DNA of 52,179 nucleotides from a bacterium (GCA_046757165.1 JBHHXT010000011.1:1-52179); one strand, 5' to 3'. Counted from the stretch's first letter, positions 27,951 to 38,572 are shown. Program-made: numbers and translations. The notes: generated by a model from the sequence alone, not told the origin.

Positions 27951-28646
27951 TTAGGAGGGGTTGTGAGCTTTCGGCTCAAACGTCATTTCCTCAACATGCC
28001 CATCTTCGTAGCCGACGACTATCATATCTGTCAACCCGACAAACAGACCATTCTCAACAACGCCAGGGATCGCATTGATTTCCTCGGAAAGCTTCCCGGG
28101 TTCATCGATCAGGCCGAAAAAACAATCCAGGATGTAGTTCTTGTTATCCGTCACGAAGATAATGCCATCGCGCCGACGCAGCTCAACCCGGCAGCCGTAG
28201 TGCTGTAACTGCTTGCACGCAACCGGCCAGCCAAACGGCAGCACCTCGACCGGCAGCGGAAACTTTCCAAGCTTGCTTACCAGTTTTGACTTGTCGACGA
28301 CAATAATCTCCTTGCGGGTGGCAGCCGCAACGATCTTCTCGCGGGCCAAAGCCCCGCCCCCTCCCTTGATGAGATTTCCATTCTCATCGGCCTCGTCAGC
28401 GCCATCGATGGTCACATCAAGACGCTCAAAATCAGAGGCCAGGGGAATGCCTTTTTCAATCGCCAACTTTTCTGTGGCTGAAGAGGTGGGGATGCTCAGA
28501 ATTCGTAATCCGGCCGCTACACGGCGCCCAATGGCTTCAATCGCACAGGAGGCGGTGGACCCCGTCCCAAGGCCTACGATCATGTCATTCGCAATATGGG
28601 AAACTGCCCGTTCGGCAGCGGCTTGTTTGGCTTTTTGTCCACTCAC
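27951..28646 (-). CDS. rpiA: Ribose-5-phosphate isomerase A
   Basis: GLGTGST, IDGADE, IKGGGGAL.REKIVA, IPGVVENGLF. Confidence 0.97.
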   Translation of the reverse strand: MSGQKAKQAAAERAVSHIANDMIVGLGTGSTASCAIEAIGRRVAAGLRILSIPTSSATEKLAIEKGIPLASDFERLDVTIDGADEADENGNLIKGGGGALAREKIVAAATRKEIIVVDKSKLVSKLGKFPLPVEVLPFGWPVACKQLQHYGCRVELRRRDGIIFVTDNKNYILDCFFGLIDEPGKLSEEINAIPGVVENGLFVGLTDMIVVGYEDGHVEEMTFEPKAHNPS

Positions 28647-28657
28647 AATCAGCTTGA

Positions 28658-29473
28658 CTAAAACCGTTTGGAGAGCTCTATCTTAACTGTCCGATTTTGC
28701 GGGGAGTTGTCAAAGTAGATGTTGTATCCCAGGTCTCGTTTCGCCAGGCGTTTGTTGAACTTGAAGGCTGCCAGCGTAGAATGGACCGCGCTGACGAGAT
28801 GGTTCACAAAAATTCCTGCAAGGACAAATTCGGCGCGGTTATCTGCCTCATCGCTCCGGATGCGCAAGTCCTCAAACTTGCGACGACTTTCCGTGTTGTC
28901 CCATTGCCAGAAAAACTCATTCGTCTCGGTAGGATACAAATCCGAGACATCTCTGTCTCGCAGTTGTGCCTGATTGTACGCCTCCAAATTGTCGAAATTG
29001 CCGATATCTACGAAATATCGGTCAGGCTTACCTGCCAGTTTGATGCCGGCGTGATTGACGGCAAACGTGCGATAATCATCCTCGAGCCAGTTGCTCCAGG
29101 TGGTAAACCCGAGGTAGGACCCCCACAGCAAGACTTCTGAAACGATGAAAACTCTCATCATCGCCTTCGACTCGGTGTAATACTGGCCCCAGCCTGGTAA
29201 AACGAGAGATTGCAGAAACGCACGACCCCGGGACTTTGGCGAGGGCTGGTCTTGAAAGAATGGCGTTAGTGCCAGAGCTTTAGTGCCCAAAGCCGGAGAG
29301 GCGCTAAATGAGGCGTCAAGAATGGTCTGTCTAAATTCGAAGCGATGGAAAGAAGAAGAAAAAAGCGAATGGTGCAACCTCATCGCCTGCTTCGGCGAAG
29401 CACCAAAACTCTTCATGGTTATCAGAAAGACAACCAAGAGCACACGTACGGCAAAAGCAAGGCCTCTTACCAT
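28658..29473 (-). CDS. DUF5683-like exported/membrane protein
   Basis: KSRGRAFLQSLVLPGWGQYY and NHLVSAVHS; terminal beta-strand ending in F. Confidence 0.8.
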   Translation of the reverse strand: MVRGLAFAVRVLLVVFLITMKSFGASPKQAMRLHHSLFSSSFHRFEFRQTILDASFSASPALGTKALALTPFFQDQPSPKSRGRAFLQSLVLPGWGQYYTESKAMMRVFIVSEVLLWGSYLGFTTWSNWLEDDYRTFAVNHAGIKLAGKPDRYFVDIGNFDNLEAYNQAQLRDRDVSDLYPTETNEFFWQWDNTESRRKFEDLRIRSDEADNRAEFVLAGIFVNHLVSAVHSTLAAFKFNKRLAKRDLGYNIYFDNSPQNRTVKIELSKRF

Positions 29474-30351
29474 GTGACTCCCAATGCCAGTGTCGGAATG
29501 ATGTGGTCGTGGTGCAACACGCCTTGTACGCCCAATCGCGCGCGGATACTGCGGTTGCGGCGTTTGATGGTCAGGCCGGCGTCGAGAGCGCTCACGACGT
29601 GATTGAGCAGGGCCACGGTGGTAAATGTCGTTGCACGTTTGAAATCATCATTGGATTCCTTGCGCAGTTGCGTGTAGCTGTTGCGGGTGGCCGAGATGGT
29701 CAACAATGACTTGCCGTCATAGGAGCCCTCGTCATAATTTGTCAGCGTAAACGTCCCGTTGCCGACTATCTCCTCGCGGAAATCACGCCAACCGATGATA
29801 AACTGATTGTACTTGCCGACATTCTCATAATACTGCTGATTCTTCTTCTCCGGCAGGAAGTGGCTAAATCTTCCGTTCTCGAATTCGCGCAAGGCGGGCA
29901 AGTTGTTTCTGTCGACGCCGCTCACCTGCGCCATCCAGTCCCAGTAAGCATCCTCCTTCCACTCTGCATTGGCCATCGCCTCGAACTGGCGTTCCAGATC
30001 CTTGCCATCGCTGTCATATTTGAAGTGGGCAAAAATGGCAATGGCTTCGAGCGCCAGGAATCCGACCCCTTTCAGTCTTGAGCCGCCATACAACTGGCCT
30101 GTTCCCGGCACGACTGCGGAGAAGAGAACTGCCTTACCGATAGATTTGTTTGCGGACGATTTTTCGTCTGCTGCCGAGTCGTTCGCTTGCGCTTCAGTTG
30201 CTATGGACGTCCTCAAATTTAGACGAAATTCACTCGCAGGCGTGGGGCTGGATAAAATCATTTTTGCCGATTCCATGCCCTCACCTGCGAGGGCCAGACC
30301 CGACACCACCATCAGGTTGGCGAGCACGACGATCATCCCTAATTTTGTCAT
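29467..30351 (-). CDS. DUF5683-like exported/membrane protein (paralog of the adjacent gene)
   Basis: KSIGKAVLFSAVVPGTGQLY and NHVVSALDA; signal peptide; terminal W. Confidence 0.8.
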   Translation of the reverse strand: MTKLGMIVVLANLMVVSGLALAGEGMESAKMILSSPTPASEFRLNLRTSIATEAQANDSAADEKSSANKSIGKAVLFSAVVPGTGQLYGGSRLKGVGFLALEAIAIFAHFKYDSDGKDLERQFEAMANAEWKEDAYWDWMAQVSGVDRNNLPALREFENGRFSHFLPEKKNQQYYENVGKYNQFIIGWRDFREEIVGNGTFTLTNYDEGSYDGKSLLTISATRNSYTQLRKESNDDFKRATTFTTVALLNHVVSALDAGLTIKRRNRSIRARLGVQGVLHHDHIIPTLALGVTW

Positions 30352-30369
30352 CTTCAGACTCCGCGATTG

Positions 30370-33300
30370 TTAATCAAAGTATCCAAATGAAATGCCAAAA
30401 TAGAATCGCCACTCCTTGCCATAGACTTGCTTCGAATTCTCGAATCGATCGAGTCCATAAGCGGCGTTGACGAAAATCCGTGTGGGGAATGAATAAAACG
30501 AAAACGCATCCATCCGCAGCTCGCCCCCAACACTGGACTTGAACTCATTTAGCTCGAGACTGCCATTGAACGCATTGCCATAATCAAAAAAGGCCCCGAG
30601 ATAGACCTTATCGAAATAGAGGTGCATGAACCGCATGTCCAGGTGGCGCAAGAATGGAAAGCGATAGGTTACACGGCCCTGTACCATCTTGCGGCCTTCG
30701 ATGCTGAAAAACGGATACCCGCGATTTCCCAGGATGCCGCCGGCAAAGAAATTGAAAAAGCTATCTACTTTCGTGTCGATGAAGCCCACTTGCAGGTTCA
30801 AACTAAGCGTGTGATTTTTGATTGGGAGGCCCCAGTATTCCTTCCAATCAAGCGTGACCCTGTTGTAATTGAAGTTTTCGAAGATTTCCGCACTGACAAT
30901 CCGGTCCGTCGCAAAGTCGACCAGAAACTTGTTGAACTCCCGATCATAGCCAATCTCCACAACCCGTCCTCGCGGACTGATAGCCGAATTGAGATGGGCT
31001 CTGAGACCACGATGAATGAATTTGAGCGAAATGTCCCGGCCGACAAAATACTTGTAATTGAGTGTCGACTCGCCGAACGTCTCACGGAATTTGGCTCTGG
31101 CGCTGTAGCGACTCAGAATAAACGCTGTGCGCAGCTCGTTCGAAGAGCCGATCTTGAAACGGAGGCCGGCATCGAATTCCAGCAGGTTGTACTTGAACTT
31201 GTCCTCGGCCTCCTTAACGTTGAACAATTGCCGCAGAATGAGCGCGGTTGAATCCACTTTGAAGCTGGTATTTTGCACCTGGTTATACCCCTCAAAGAAG
31301 ATCGTCGGCCCGAATTTTCGGTACTCGAAGAGCGCGAACAGATCATAATCGCCCCGTCGATTTACATCGAACCCGGCCAGAAATCCCACTTTGCTGAGCA
31401 CATCGTAGGAGTAAATGTAGCTCCCGAGTTTGAGCGTGCCGTAATCGATCATCGCGCGCGGCAAAAACGCCAGGGAGGAATAATGGCTGGTATATGGCTT
31501 GACCTGGTAATCCGGCACCCGGGTGTCATCATAATTCTGGTGGCGAATCTTCTCGATGACTGATGCCGGAATCTCCTTTCTTGCCGAAACGAGCGTGACG
31601 CCGTTTTTGTAAGTCAGGTATCTGGATTTGGAGGTGTCGATCGCTTTCGGCTGCCGCAAGAGGGCAATCTTGTAGCCCTCTGAGGTGAAATTCGTAAACA
31701 GCAGCTCCCCTTTTCGGTTGACCGCTGGCATGAAAGCCCCGCCAATGACATTGGTCACTTGCTGTGTTTTCCGGCTATCGAGATCGAGGGAATAAATATT
31801 GAAAATGCCCGTCCGGTCCCAGCTAAAGTAAACGGTTTTGCCGTCGGGACTGAAACTGCCATCGCGCGAATCGAATTCATCATCGATCAACGGGGTGGAT
31901 TCACCGGAGGCAAGGTTCAGCAGATGTAAATCCTGGCCGTTGCCCGTATACATGGAATACAGCACAAACTTGCCATCAGGAGACCACTGCGGATGAACCA
32001 GTTGCTCCCCGTTTTGATAATGGGTCAGATTGGCAATCTGTTTTGTTTCCAGGTCGACGATGGCGAGATTCTCGCTGCCATCATGCCCTTTGATAAAAAT
32101 CAATCTCCGGCCGTCCGGCGACCAGTGTGGGCTATGCGCCCTCAAAGCACGGGTGAGGCGCGTTGCTTTCTCCTTTTGCAAATCGAAAACATAGAGATCG
32201 TAATATCGAGACCCGCCTCTGCTTCTGGCGCGATTGCTTGCATAAGCCAACTTGCTGCCGTCAGGCGACCAGCTCACGCCGTATCGTGCCCCCGCCTTGC
32301 CTATTCTCTTGTTCTTTGCCAGAGGGCCAGTTGCAACAAACCCTGTCTGCGACAGGTAATCATTGTCAGAGGTGGTGATATAGGCGATGCTCGTATCGTC
32401 AGGCCCCCACACCGGGTTGAAGTTCCCGAGGCCTTTGTGCTCGACAATCTCCCCTTCTACCCTGTTCGGCAAGATATCCTGAAGTTGATGGCGGTATTGT
32501 TTCCTCAGATAGTCTGTCCAGTCTCGGTACAACTGGTGTGCAGACTTGCCGGTCGCCTTCTTCAAGGCGCCATCCAGTGTCAGGCGAAACAGCCCTTTCA
32601 TTTCCTTTGAAATGCGCTTCAGAGATTCAATGCCATACTGGTTGGCAAGATAGGTCACAAAAGCATAGCCGTGATTATAAGCCATCTCGTTTCCGAGGCT
32701 ATTCTTGCCGAAAACGCCCATTTCGCCATACGTCAGAAGCTGATTTTCGATGGTGGCAGTGCGCAGGATCATATCCCGATGTGAATCCCAGGTATCGTAG
32801 TCCAGGCCAGGAATCTGATACTGGGCCACGCCTTCCGCAAACCAGGCGGGCATGACCGTCATGGCGATGGGGTAAGAAGCGATGACGTTCGGCCCACCAT
32901 GGAGCACATCCTCCCGTTTGTCATCCTCATAGCCGATTGCCTGGAAATAGAAAGCCGGGATACGCCGCATGATCTTTCGTGACGAACCGATTTGAATCAT
33001 GTGTGTGAACTCATGCGTGACGACGTTGCGTAGCCAATTGTGCGAGCCGCGCAGGTCGAAGTCCATCGCCGTGGCCCAAATTTCGACTTTGTTGTCATAA
33101 AAAAATGCCGCACCGTTAGAATAGTCATCGTGGTCGCGGATAATGAAATGAATCTTGCCATCGGGCTCATATTCATATAATGTCGTGACGGGCTCGTAGA
33201 CCTCCTCGGCGATTTTGGCGGTCAGCCGGGCGGTTCTCTCGGCACCATGATGAAAATGGACAAAAAAATGCTCGGTTTCAATGGAGAACCAGTCGAGCTC

Positions 33301-33399
33301 GGGATGGTTGTTTTCCTCCGGCTGAGCGAAAGCTGCGCCCATCCCCCATAAAACATACGAAACTAAAACCAACCCTAAGAAAGCAAGCTTGTGTTGCAT
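30370..33399 (-). CDS. Second gluzincin peptidase + PD40 propeller + Omp85-like barrel protein
   Basis: HEFTH...WFAEGVAQY, WSPDG repeats, AGGILGNRGY, FFDYGNAF, aromatic terminal strand. Confidence 0.88.
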   Translation of the reverse strand: MQHKLAFLGLVLVSYVLWGMGAAFAQPEENNHPELDWFSIETEHFFVHFHHGAERTARLTAKIAEEVYEPVTTLYEYEPDGKIHFIIRDHDDYSNGAAFFYDNKVEIWATAMDFDLRGSHNWLRNVVTHEFTHMIQIGSSRKIMRRIPAFYFQAIGYEDDKREDVLHGGPNVIASYPIAMTVMPAWFAEGVAQYQIPGLDYDTWDSHRDMILRTATIENQLLTYGEMGVFGKNSLGNEMAYNHGYAFVTYLANQYGIESLKRISKEMKGLFRLTLDGALKKATGKSAHQLYRDWTDYLRKQYRHQLQDILPNRVEGEIVEHKGLGNFNPVWGPDDTSIAYITTSDNDYLSQTGFVATGPLAKNKRIGKAGARYGVSWSPDGSKLAYASNRARSRGGSRYYDLYVFDLQKEKATRLTRALRAHSPHWSPDGRRLIFIKGHDGSENLAIVDLETKQIANLTHYQNGEQLVHPQWSPDGKFVLYSMYTGNGQDLHLLNLASGESTPLIDDEFDSRDGSFSPDGKTVYFSWDRTGIFNIYSLDLDSRKTQQVTNVIGGAFMPAVNRKGELLFTNFTSEGYKIALLRQPKAIDTSKSRYLTYKNGVTLVSARKEIPASVIEKIRHQNYDDTRVPDYQVKPYTSHYSSLAFLPRAMIDYGTLKLGSYIYSYDVLSKVGFLAGFDVNRRGDYDLFALFEYRKFGPTIFFEGYNQVQNTSFKVDSTALILRQLFNVKEAEDKFKYNLLEFDAGLRFKIGSSNELRTAFILSRYSARAKFRETFGESTLNYKYFVGRDISLKFIHRGLRAHLNSAISPRGRVVEIGYDREFNKFLVDFATDRIVSAEIFENFNYNRVTLDWKEYWGLPIKNHTLSLNLQVGFIDTKVDSFFNFFAGGILGNRGYPFFSIEGRKMVQGRVTYRFPFLRHLDMRFMHLYFDKVYLGAFFDYGNAFNGSLELNEFKSSVGGELRMDAFSFYSFPTRIFVNAAYGLDRFENSKQVYGKEWRFYFGISFGYFD

Positions 33400-33418
33400 C
33401 GTAATTGCAGATCCACCC

Positions 33419-34066
33419 TTAGTTCAAATTAATGAGAATTCCCGTCGACATATTCAAGAGTTCCGTGAAGTTTGAAGTTTCGCCGACGAGTAAATCGTTG
33501 CTCCGTTCAAACAAGATGGAGGTCTTGGTTTGCAGAAAAACAGTCGTACGCGCACTCGATTGCCACTTCAATCCAAACGCGGCAAAAAAACCGGGGCGCT
33601 TGAAGGAACGCTTCAGCTCGTAGTCGAGATTCCGTTCTGCGCGATTCCTTCTGCCTTGCTTGATCCGTGCCTTGCTGTCCAGAATATAGTAATTCCCGGC
33701 GCCGACGCCAACATATGGCAGCAACCGGCTCCCAATTCTGTTGAAATGGTAGTTGAGCGCAATCTTCTGGGACCAGTCCTTTCTGTGCAAACTCTCGAAG
33801 AAACATGTTCCTGACGCCCGATTGCACGGACTCTCATGCAAAGGATGACTCTTTTCCAATTCGAAACCAATCGTCAGCTTACGAGAAAGTGCATAGTTGA
33901 CAAACAAGCCCATCGATGCGGTCGGTTTACCCAGATTCTGCAGACTATTACGCAACCCGAGGCCGCTCACCAGGCCAAATTGCAGTTTGTCATATTCACC
34001 ACCCGAGGCCTGCTGCAACGGGATGACAAGTAGAACCAGAAAAACACTCAGCTTGCTCTTTCTCAT
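33419..34066 (-). CDS. Small outer-membrane beta-barrel protein
   Basis: Signal peptide from MRKSK (ATG 34066), PYVGVGAG, alternating strands, and a Cys pair in one loop. Confidence 0.75.
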   Translation of the reverse strand: MRKSKLSVFLVLLVIPLQQASGGEYDKLQFGLVSGLGLRNSLQNLGKPTASMGLFVNYALSRKLTIGFELEKSHPLHESPCNRASGTCFFESLHRKDWSQKIALNYHFNRIGSRLLPYVGVGAGNYYILDSKARIKQGRRNRAERNLDYELKRSFKRPGFFAAFGLKWQSSARTTVFLQTKTSILFERSNDLLVGETSNFTELLNMSTGILINLN

Positions 34067-34091
34067 CGTTGTTTCCTCTTCCTGAGATTCA

Positions 34092-37000
34092 TTATTTAAC
34101 GACAGCAATCTTGATAATCGCAACATCCCTGCCGCTTGCTCCCTGCGCTTCAACTCGGGCTAAATAAACACCACTCTCAATGTTGTCCAATTGCCATTTG
34201 ACTTCATTTTCGGCTTGTGGGAATCCCGGCCCGACCAGCTCATCCACAAACTCGCCTGCGAGATCGTAAATCCTGATGCGCACTGTGGCTGCATCATTGA
34301 GCCTGTACCGGATGGTGGTCTGGACGCCTTCAGTCGGATTGGGATAATTGTAAACCAGGTCCGGCGGCATAAGGCGACCCCCAGGCTCCCGAGCTTGTTT
34401 TAGTTCAGGATTGGCGTTGCGATGAAATGCGTCTCGCAAGAAACCGCCCCAAAGTACGTCTTCCGGCCGGAATGAATTCGGCAAATCCCATACGTATATC
34501 GATTGGTCATCTGAAACCGCCACCAGCTCACTGTCGCCATCGCTATCCAAATCAGAAATCACTGGCGTTGAATTTACGCCAGCACCGGTCGATAGCGGAA
34601 AGTTGACCGCCGCGGCCCCGCTCAAATCGTAGGCCTCCACTTTGTTTTGATCGGAGCCGACGATCAATTCAGGCTGGCCGTCACCATTCAGGTCTGCAAG
34701 GATAGGCGAAGAGAGAATGGCGCGACGCCTGGTACTGCTCACATCGCCACTTCTTATCTCGATGGGAAAGCCATCTTTGAGCGCTCCCAGATGATTGAGT
34801 GTAATGAGCTCATGTCGTGACACAAAAACAACTTCCTGCAGCTCATCGCCATCCAGGTCAGCGAGGACGAGTTGTGATGACACCGCTCGATCCGTTTCCC
34901 TGGGAAAGCCAGCAACCAGACTGCCATCTTCTTCAAACACCCGTAGTTGTCCGTTGTCACTGAGCACCATAACGTTCAACCGGCCGTCTCCGTTCAGGTC
35001 CCCCGCCACCGGTGCACTCGAGGTCGCTGAAGTTGGCAGGGTTTGCCAAATCACACTCTCTTGCGAAGAAACCACGCCACTTATTCCTGTTTGGGTTGCA
35101 AAAGCAATCCTGGTTTGTGATAACATGGCAAAGCCTGCCATCGGACTCCCGTTTATTTCGCCGAGCACTTTTCCCCGGCCGTCGCTGGTGACCGCAAATA
35201 TCCGGCCATCCGCAGTGCCAACGACGACCTGAAAGTCGCCTGCCTCGGATGACCCCGGTACCACCAGCGGGTGGGTGGTGATCTCAGCACCTAAATCGAG
35301 AGTAAAGAGGCGATCAGCGCGGTCATTCGCGTCTTTGTCCTCTGGTACATAAGCCGCGATCTCCTGGTCAGTGACAGCGATGACAACAGGGCTGGCGCCA
35401 GATGGCGCGACAGAAACGGAGAAGGACTTTGTACCCACAGGCTCAGCAAAAGTCGAGGTCGCGAAATATGGCGTGCCGTCTGCCTTCCAGACATGCACAT
35501 GGCCCGCTGCGCCCCCGGTGCCTTCCTGCGTGGGGATGAAAAGAATCTCGCGCTCTCCATCATTGTCCAGATCAACCGCAATCGGCGAATTATATGAATT
35601 CATCACCTCGCCGACTGACTGCGGAAACCCATTTTGAGAAATGGTGTTCTGAACCGTGAACTGCATGACCGAGTCACGCTCACTAAACCCGGTCATGAAA
35701 ATGTGTGAGTTCGCGCCCATGTTAGACCGGCTGCCTGGCCGTGTAAAGGGCGTAAATTGTACAACATCAGAATTGTCGTTGACCAGCATGTTGATTTCAT
35801 TGCTGCCCCAGAACATATCCTCGACCACCCCGTTTTCCGAGCCGGCGCCCGGGCTCAGGAAACCATAGAACTGTCCGATGTCCTGCGCACCGTCCGCCTC
35901 CTCCAGGTCGACACCTCGGTGCTCCGGGTCGGCGTTGACGCGATTGGCCGCCAGATTCGCTGCGATAATGTTTTCGTCGATATGCCAGATCAAAATGCCC
36001 GAACCGGGAAGACCAAAATCGTACTCGCTGACCTGAGTAATCACGCCCGGCGCAGCTTCAGCTAACAACCGCTGGCCGTTCTCGTCCCAATGAAACTCGA
36101 CCCGGGTGCCGTTCGCATCCCGGCCGACCGCAATGCCGTCACGGTTGGTATCGCGATTCCGGTTCTCGACCAGGAAGTACTCGTTTGCGTTGATCGGGAT
36201 CTTGTAGATCTTGCGGTCATTGGCGGCCTGTGGCGCTGCCACCGGTAAATCCATACCGTTGCTGACTTCGATGGGCGTTTCCCACCCCAAAAAGACTTTC
36301 GACCAGGCACATGGCTCAGCCGGCAGCAAGCCGAAGAAATTGCCAGACCCCTGATCCATCATACCGAAAACACCGATGCCAGCCCGGCCGTTATCCGGAT
36401 TGAAAAGGATGGGCAGACCCACCTGGCTGCCGAACATGATGGCCATGGTACCGAGCAATCCAATCTCGAACCCCTCCTGGCTTTGTGTTTCCGGTAGAAC
36501 CAGACCGTCGCGAACGAACGTGCTGCCGCCGTTTACGGGAATTCCTTCATAAGTCGGATCATTGTTGCCCAACTGCTCGAGCAACGTCGTGAAACTCAGA
36601 AACAGAGATGGAATATCTTGCGGCGTCGGGTCGAAATCGAAGGAAAAATCAGACCCGACCCCGGAATGAAACAGAATGAACACGTCATATTGCGAAAAAT
36701 CGATGTTGTCGGTGGCGTCGGCGACTTGAAAGGCTTCCTGAAAGAATTCGGCAAGCCGGCGGTCGAGCAAAGCCTCATCGCCGACCGGCGCGTAATGACT
36801 CATTTGCTCTGATACCGTGTAGCTGCTCGCAGCGTCCTTCGGGTAAACGTCCGCTTCGAGAAGCAGCTTGCCTCCTGAGACGGTGTTGAAATAATTTCGC
36901 AGACCGAGCAATTGATGCTCGAAGTAAGTCAGGTCATGGGGGGGGACATCGATGGTTTTCTCTGCATTCGCTTCTAACTCGAATCTGCCATTCCCGGTGG

Positions 37001-37250
37001 TAAGGGGGTTGTCGTCTTCCTGGAAGGCCACACGGATGGCGAGGACCTTCAGACTCCTCGGTTCGGCTGGCGAGCGAGTCCTTGCGGAGCTCGCAAGTCG
37101 AACCGAGGGAGGACCAATGCCTAGCAGGTCTCTGTCTGATAAGCCATCGGACCGTGGAACAAATTCAGGTTCCTGTCCGAGGACGACCTGACACAAAACA
37201 AGCAAGGAGAAAAGAGTATAAATAGGAAGCTTTATGCACCTGGCGGACAA
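34092..37250 (-). CDS. M6 (immune inhibitor A)-like protein with FG-GAP repeats and a T9SS/FlgD-type C-terminal domain; zinc motif degenerate
   Basis: VLAIRVAF, FHSGVG, FGMMDQG, AWSKVFLGW, EYFLVENR, GILIWHIDE; DLNGDG repeats; YNYPNP...IYDLAGEFV...ESGVYLARV. Confidence 0.88.
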   Translation of the reverse strand: MSARCIKLPIYTLFSLLVLCQVVLGQEPEFVPRSDGLSDRDLLGIGPPSVRLASSARTRSPAEPRSLKVLAIRVAFQEDDNPLTTGNGRFELEANAEKTIDVPPHDLTYFEHQLLGLRNYFNTVSGGKLLLEADVYPKDAASSYTVSEQMSHYAPVGDEALLDRRLAEFFQEAFQVADATDNIDFSQYDVFILFHSGVGSDFSFDFDPTPQDIPSLFLSFTTLLEQLGNNDPTYEGIPVNGGSTFVRDGLVLPETQSQEGFEIGLLGTMAIMFGSQVGLPILFNPDNGRAGIGVFGMMDQGSGNFFGLLPAEPCAWSKVFLGWETPIEVSNGMDLPVAAPQAANDRKIYKIPINANEYFLVENRNRDTNRDGIAVGRDANGTRVEFHWDENGQRLLAEAAPGVITQVSEYDFGLPGSGILIWHIDENIIAANLAANRVNADPEHRGVDLEEADGAQDIGQFYGFLSPGAGSENGVVEDMFWGSNEINMLVNDNSDVVQFTPFTRPGSRSNMGANSHIFMTGFSERDSVMQFTVQNTISQNGFPQSVGEVMNSYNSPIAVDLDNDGEREILFIPTQEGTGGAAGHVHVWKADGTPYFATSTFAEPVGTKSFSVSVAPSGASPVVIAVTDQEIAAYVPEDKDANDRADRLFTLDLGAEITTHPLVVPGSSEAGDFQVVVGTADGRIFAVTSDGRGKVLGEINGSPMAGFAMLSQTRIAFATQTGISGVVSSQESVIWQTLPTSATSSAPVAGDLNGDGRLNVMVLSDNGQLRVFEEDGSLVAGFPRETDRAVSSQLVLADLDGDELQEVVFVSRHELITLNHLGALKDGFPIEIRSGDVSSTRRRAILSSPILADLNGDGQPELIVGSDQNKVEAYDLSGAAAVNFPLSTGAGVNSTPVISDLDSDGDSELVAVSDDQSIYVWDLPNSFRPEDVLWGGFLRDAFHRNANPELKQAREPGGRLMPPDLVYNYPNPTEGVQTTIRYRLNDAATVRIRIYDLAGEFVDELVGPGFPQAENEVKWQLDNIESGVYLARVEAQGASGRDVAIIKIAVVK

Positions 37251-37415
37251 GACAAAACGTTCCTTAGATTCGATTCAGACAGCCATGCTACGCAGGCAGA
37301 AAACACGCCTCATCGCGAACCTGGGAGCACACTCACGATTTTACAGATCAGGATCACTTTCGGAGATGAGAGATTAGGGCCGTCTCGTTCAGGTGAGCCA
37401 GCCCTATCCAAGCTC

Positions 37416-38450
37416 TTAGTTGCCGATGGTCAAAGAAAACCGCATGGTGTCGGACAAGGGATGATTCTCGCCGGCGGAAATGTATCCAAAGTCAAACTGG
37501 TAGATCGAGTACTTCAGACCCGCGCCGAGGGTGAGATACTTCACGTTGCCGGCGTCATCGTAGTTGTAACCGGCACGCAGGGCGATCAAGTTGGCATACC
37601 AATACTCCGCGCCCAGATTGAAAATATAATCGTTGTTGCCCCATGCGGTGAAAAAGGCCTTGGTGACAGAATCAGAGGTACCGTCCTCGTTCTTGTTGAC
37701 CAGAAGCTTATTCATGTCGATGGCAATGGTCAATTTGTTGAACTCCTGGTCAATCGCGCGATAGGCAAATCCCGCTCTGAAATTCGTCGGTAACGGATCT
37801 GCCTGGGAAGCGTCCACAAAGGTGATTTTGGAGCCAATGTTGGAAACATTGAGGCCAAAATTGAGACGGTCAACAAACAAGTTCTTCTTCAAGACACCCA
37901 CGTCAACGGAAAAGGCACTGGCCTGGCCATTGCCCTTTTCTGCACCCGCCCCGACCTCAGACAGGTTGCTGCGAATATATCTGATGTTCAGGCCAACGCC
38001 CAGGTCATCACCGAGCAAGGTGGCGTAGGAGAGGGTCAGCGCCCAGTCGTTGCTGTTAAACGTCCCGACCGGCTCAGGACCCGTCTCGAGCGTGATGGTT
38101 TGCTCACCCAAATTGATGTAGGTGACATGAGCCGCAATTGTGCCCAACCCTTCGACAGAGTGCCGATAGGCTCCAAACAGATAGTATAGATCGTCCAGGT
38201 TGAATTGTGGCAACCATTTAGAATACATAGATGTAAACTGATCGCCTTCCTGAAACGCCAACCCCGCAGGGTTCCAATAGGAAGCGGACACATCGTCGGC
38301 CAGGGCAACAAACGCTTCTCCCATGCCGCCGGCCCGTGCGGTCGGCGAGATGAGCAAGAACAACACCGCAGCCTCACTGACCGCAAAAACGTTCGGCACG
38401 GCCACGGCAAGCACGAGGAGTACGGCGATAAATGTTGAGAGTCTTTTCAT
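37416..38450 (-). CDS. porV: PorV/PorQ-family outer-membrane barrel
   Basis: FLLISPTARAGGMGE, YWNPAGLA, YSKWLP, HPLSDTMRFSL. Confidence 0.82.
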   Translation of the reverse strand: MKRLSTFIAVLLVLAVAVPNVFAVSEAAVLFLLISPTARAGGMGEAFVALADDVSASYWNPAGLAFQEGDQFTSMYSKWLPQFNLDDLYYLFGAYRHSVEGLGTIAAHVTYINLGEQTITLETGPEPVGTFNSNDWALTLSYATLLGDDLGVGLNIRYIRSNLSEVGAGAEKGNGQASAFSVDVGVLKKNLFVDRLNFGLNVSNIGSKITFVDASQADPLPTNFRAGFAYRAIDQEFNKLTIAIDMNKLLVNKNEDGTSDSVTKAFFTAWGNNDYIFNLGAEYWYANLIALRAGYNYDDAGNVKYLTLGAGLKYSIYQFDFGYISAGENHPLSDTMRFSLTIGN

Positions 38451-38511
38451 GACAATACCTCCAAAAAAAATAGATGATTAAACTCTTTGTTTCAATACTT
38501 TTGCCATAAAT

Positions 38512-38572
38512 AAAAAAACCGAATGCCAAGGTTCAAGTTCTACAGCCACGTAGAAGACCTTCAAACATTCGG
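38512..38572 (-). terminator. Intrinsic terminator-like hairpin about 60 bp upstream of porV
   Basis: Minus strand CCGAATG..AAGGT.TTCTAC-loop-GTAGAA..ACCTT..CATTCGG followed by T7. Confidence 0.65.

Noticed and set aside
38520..38560. GGTTCAAG...TACAGCC similarity to the 3' part of 6S RNA
   Set aside because: The rest of such an RNA would overlap porV; a short chance match is more likely.
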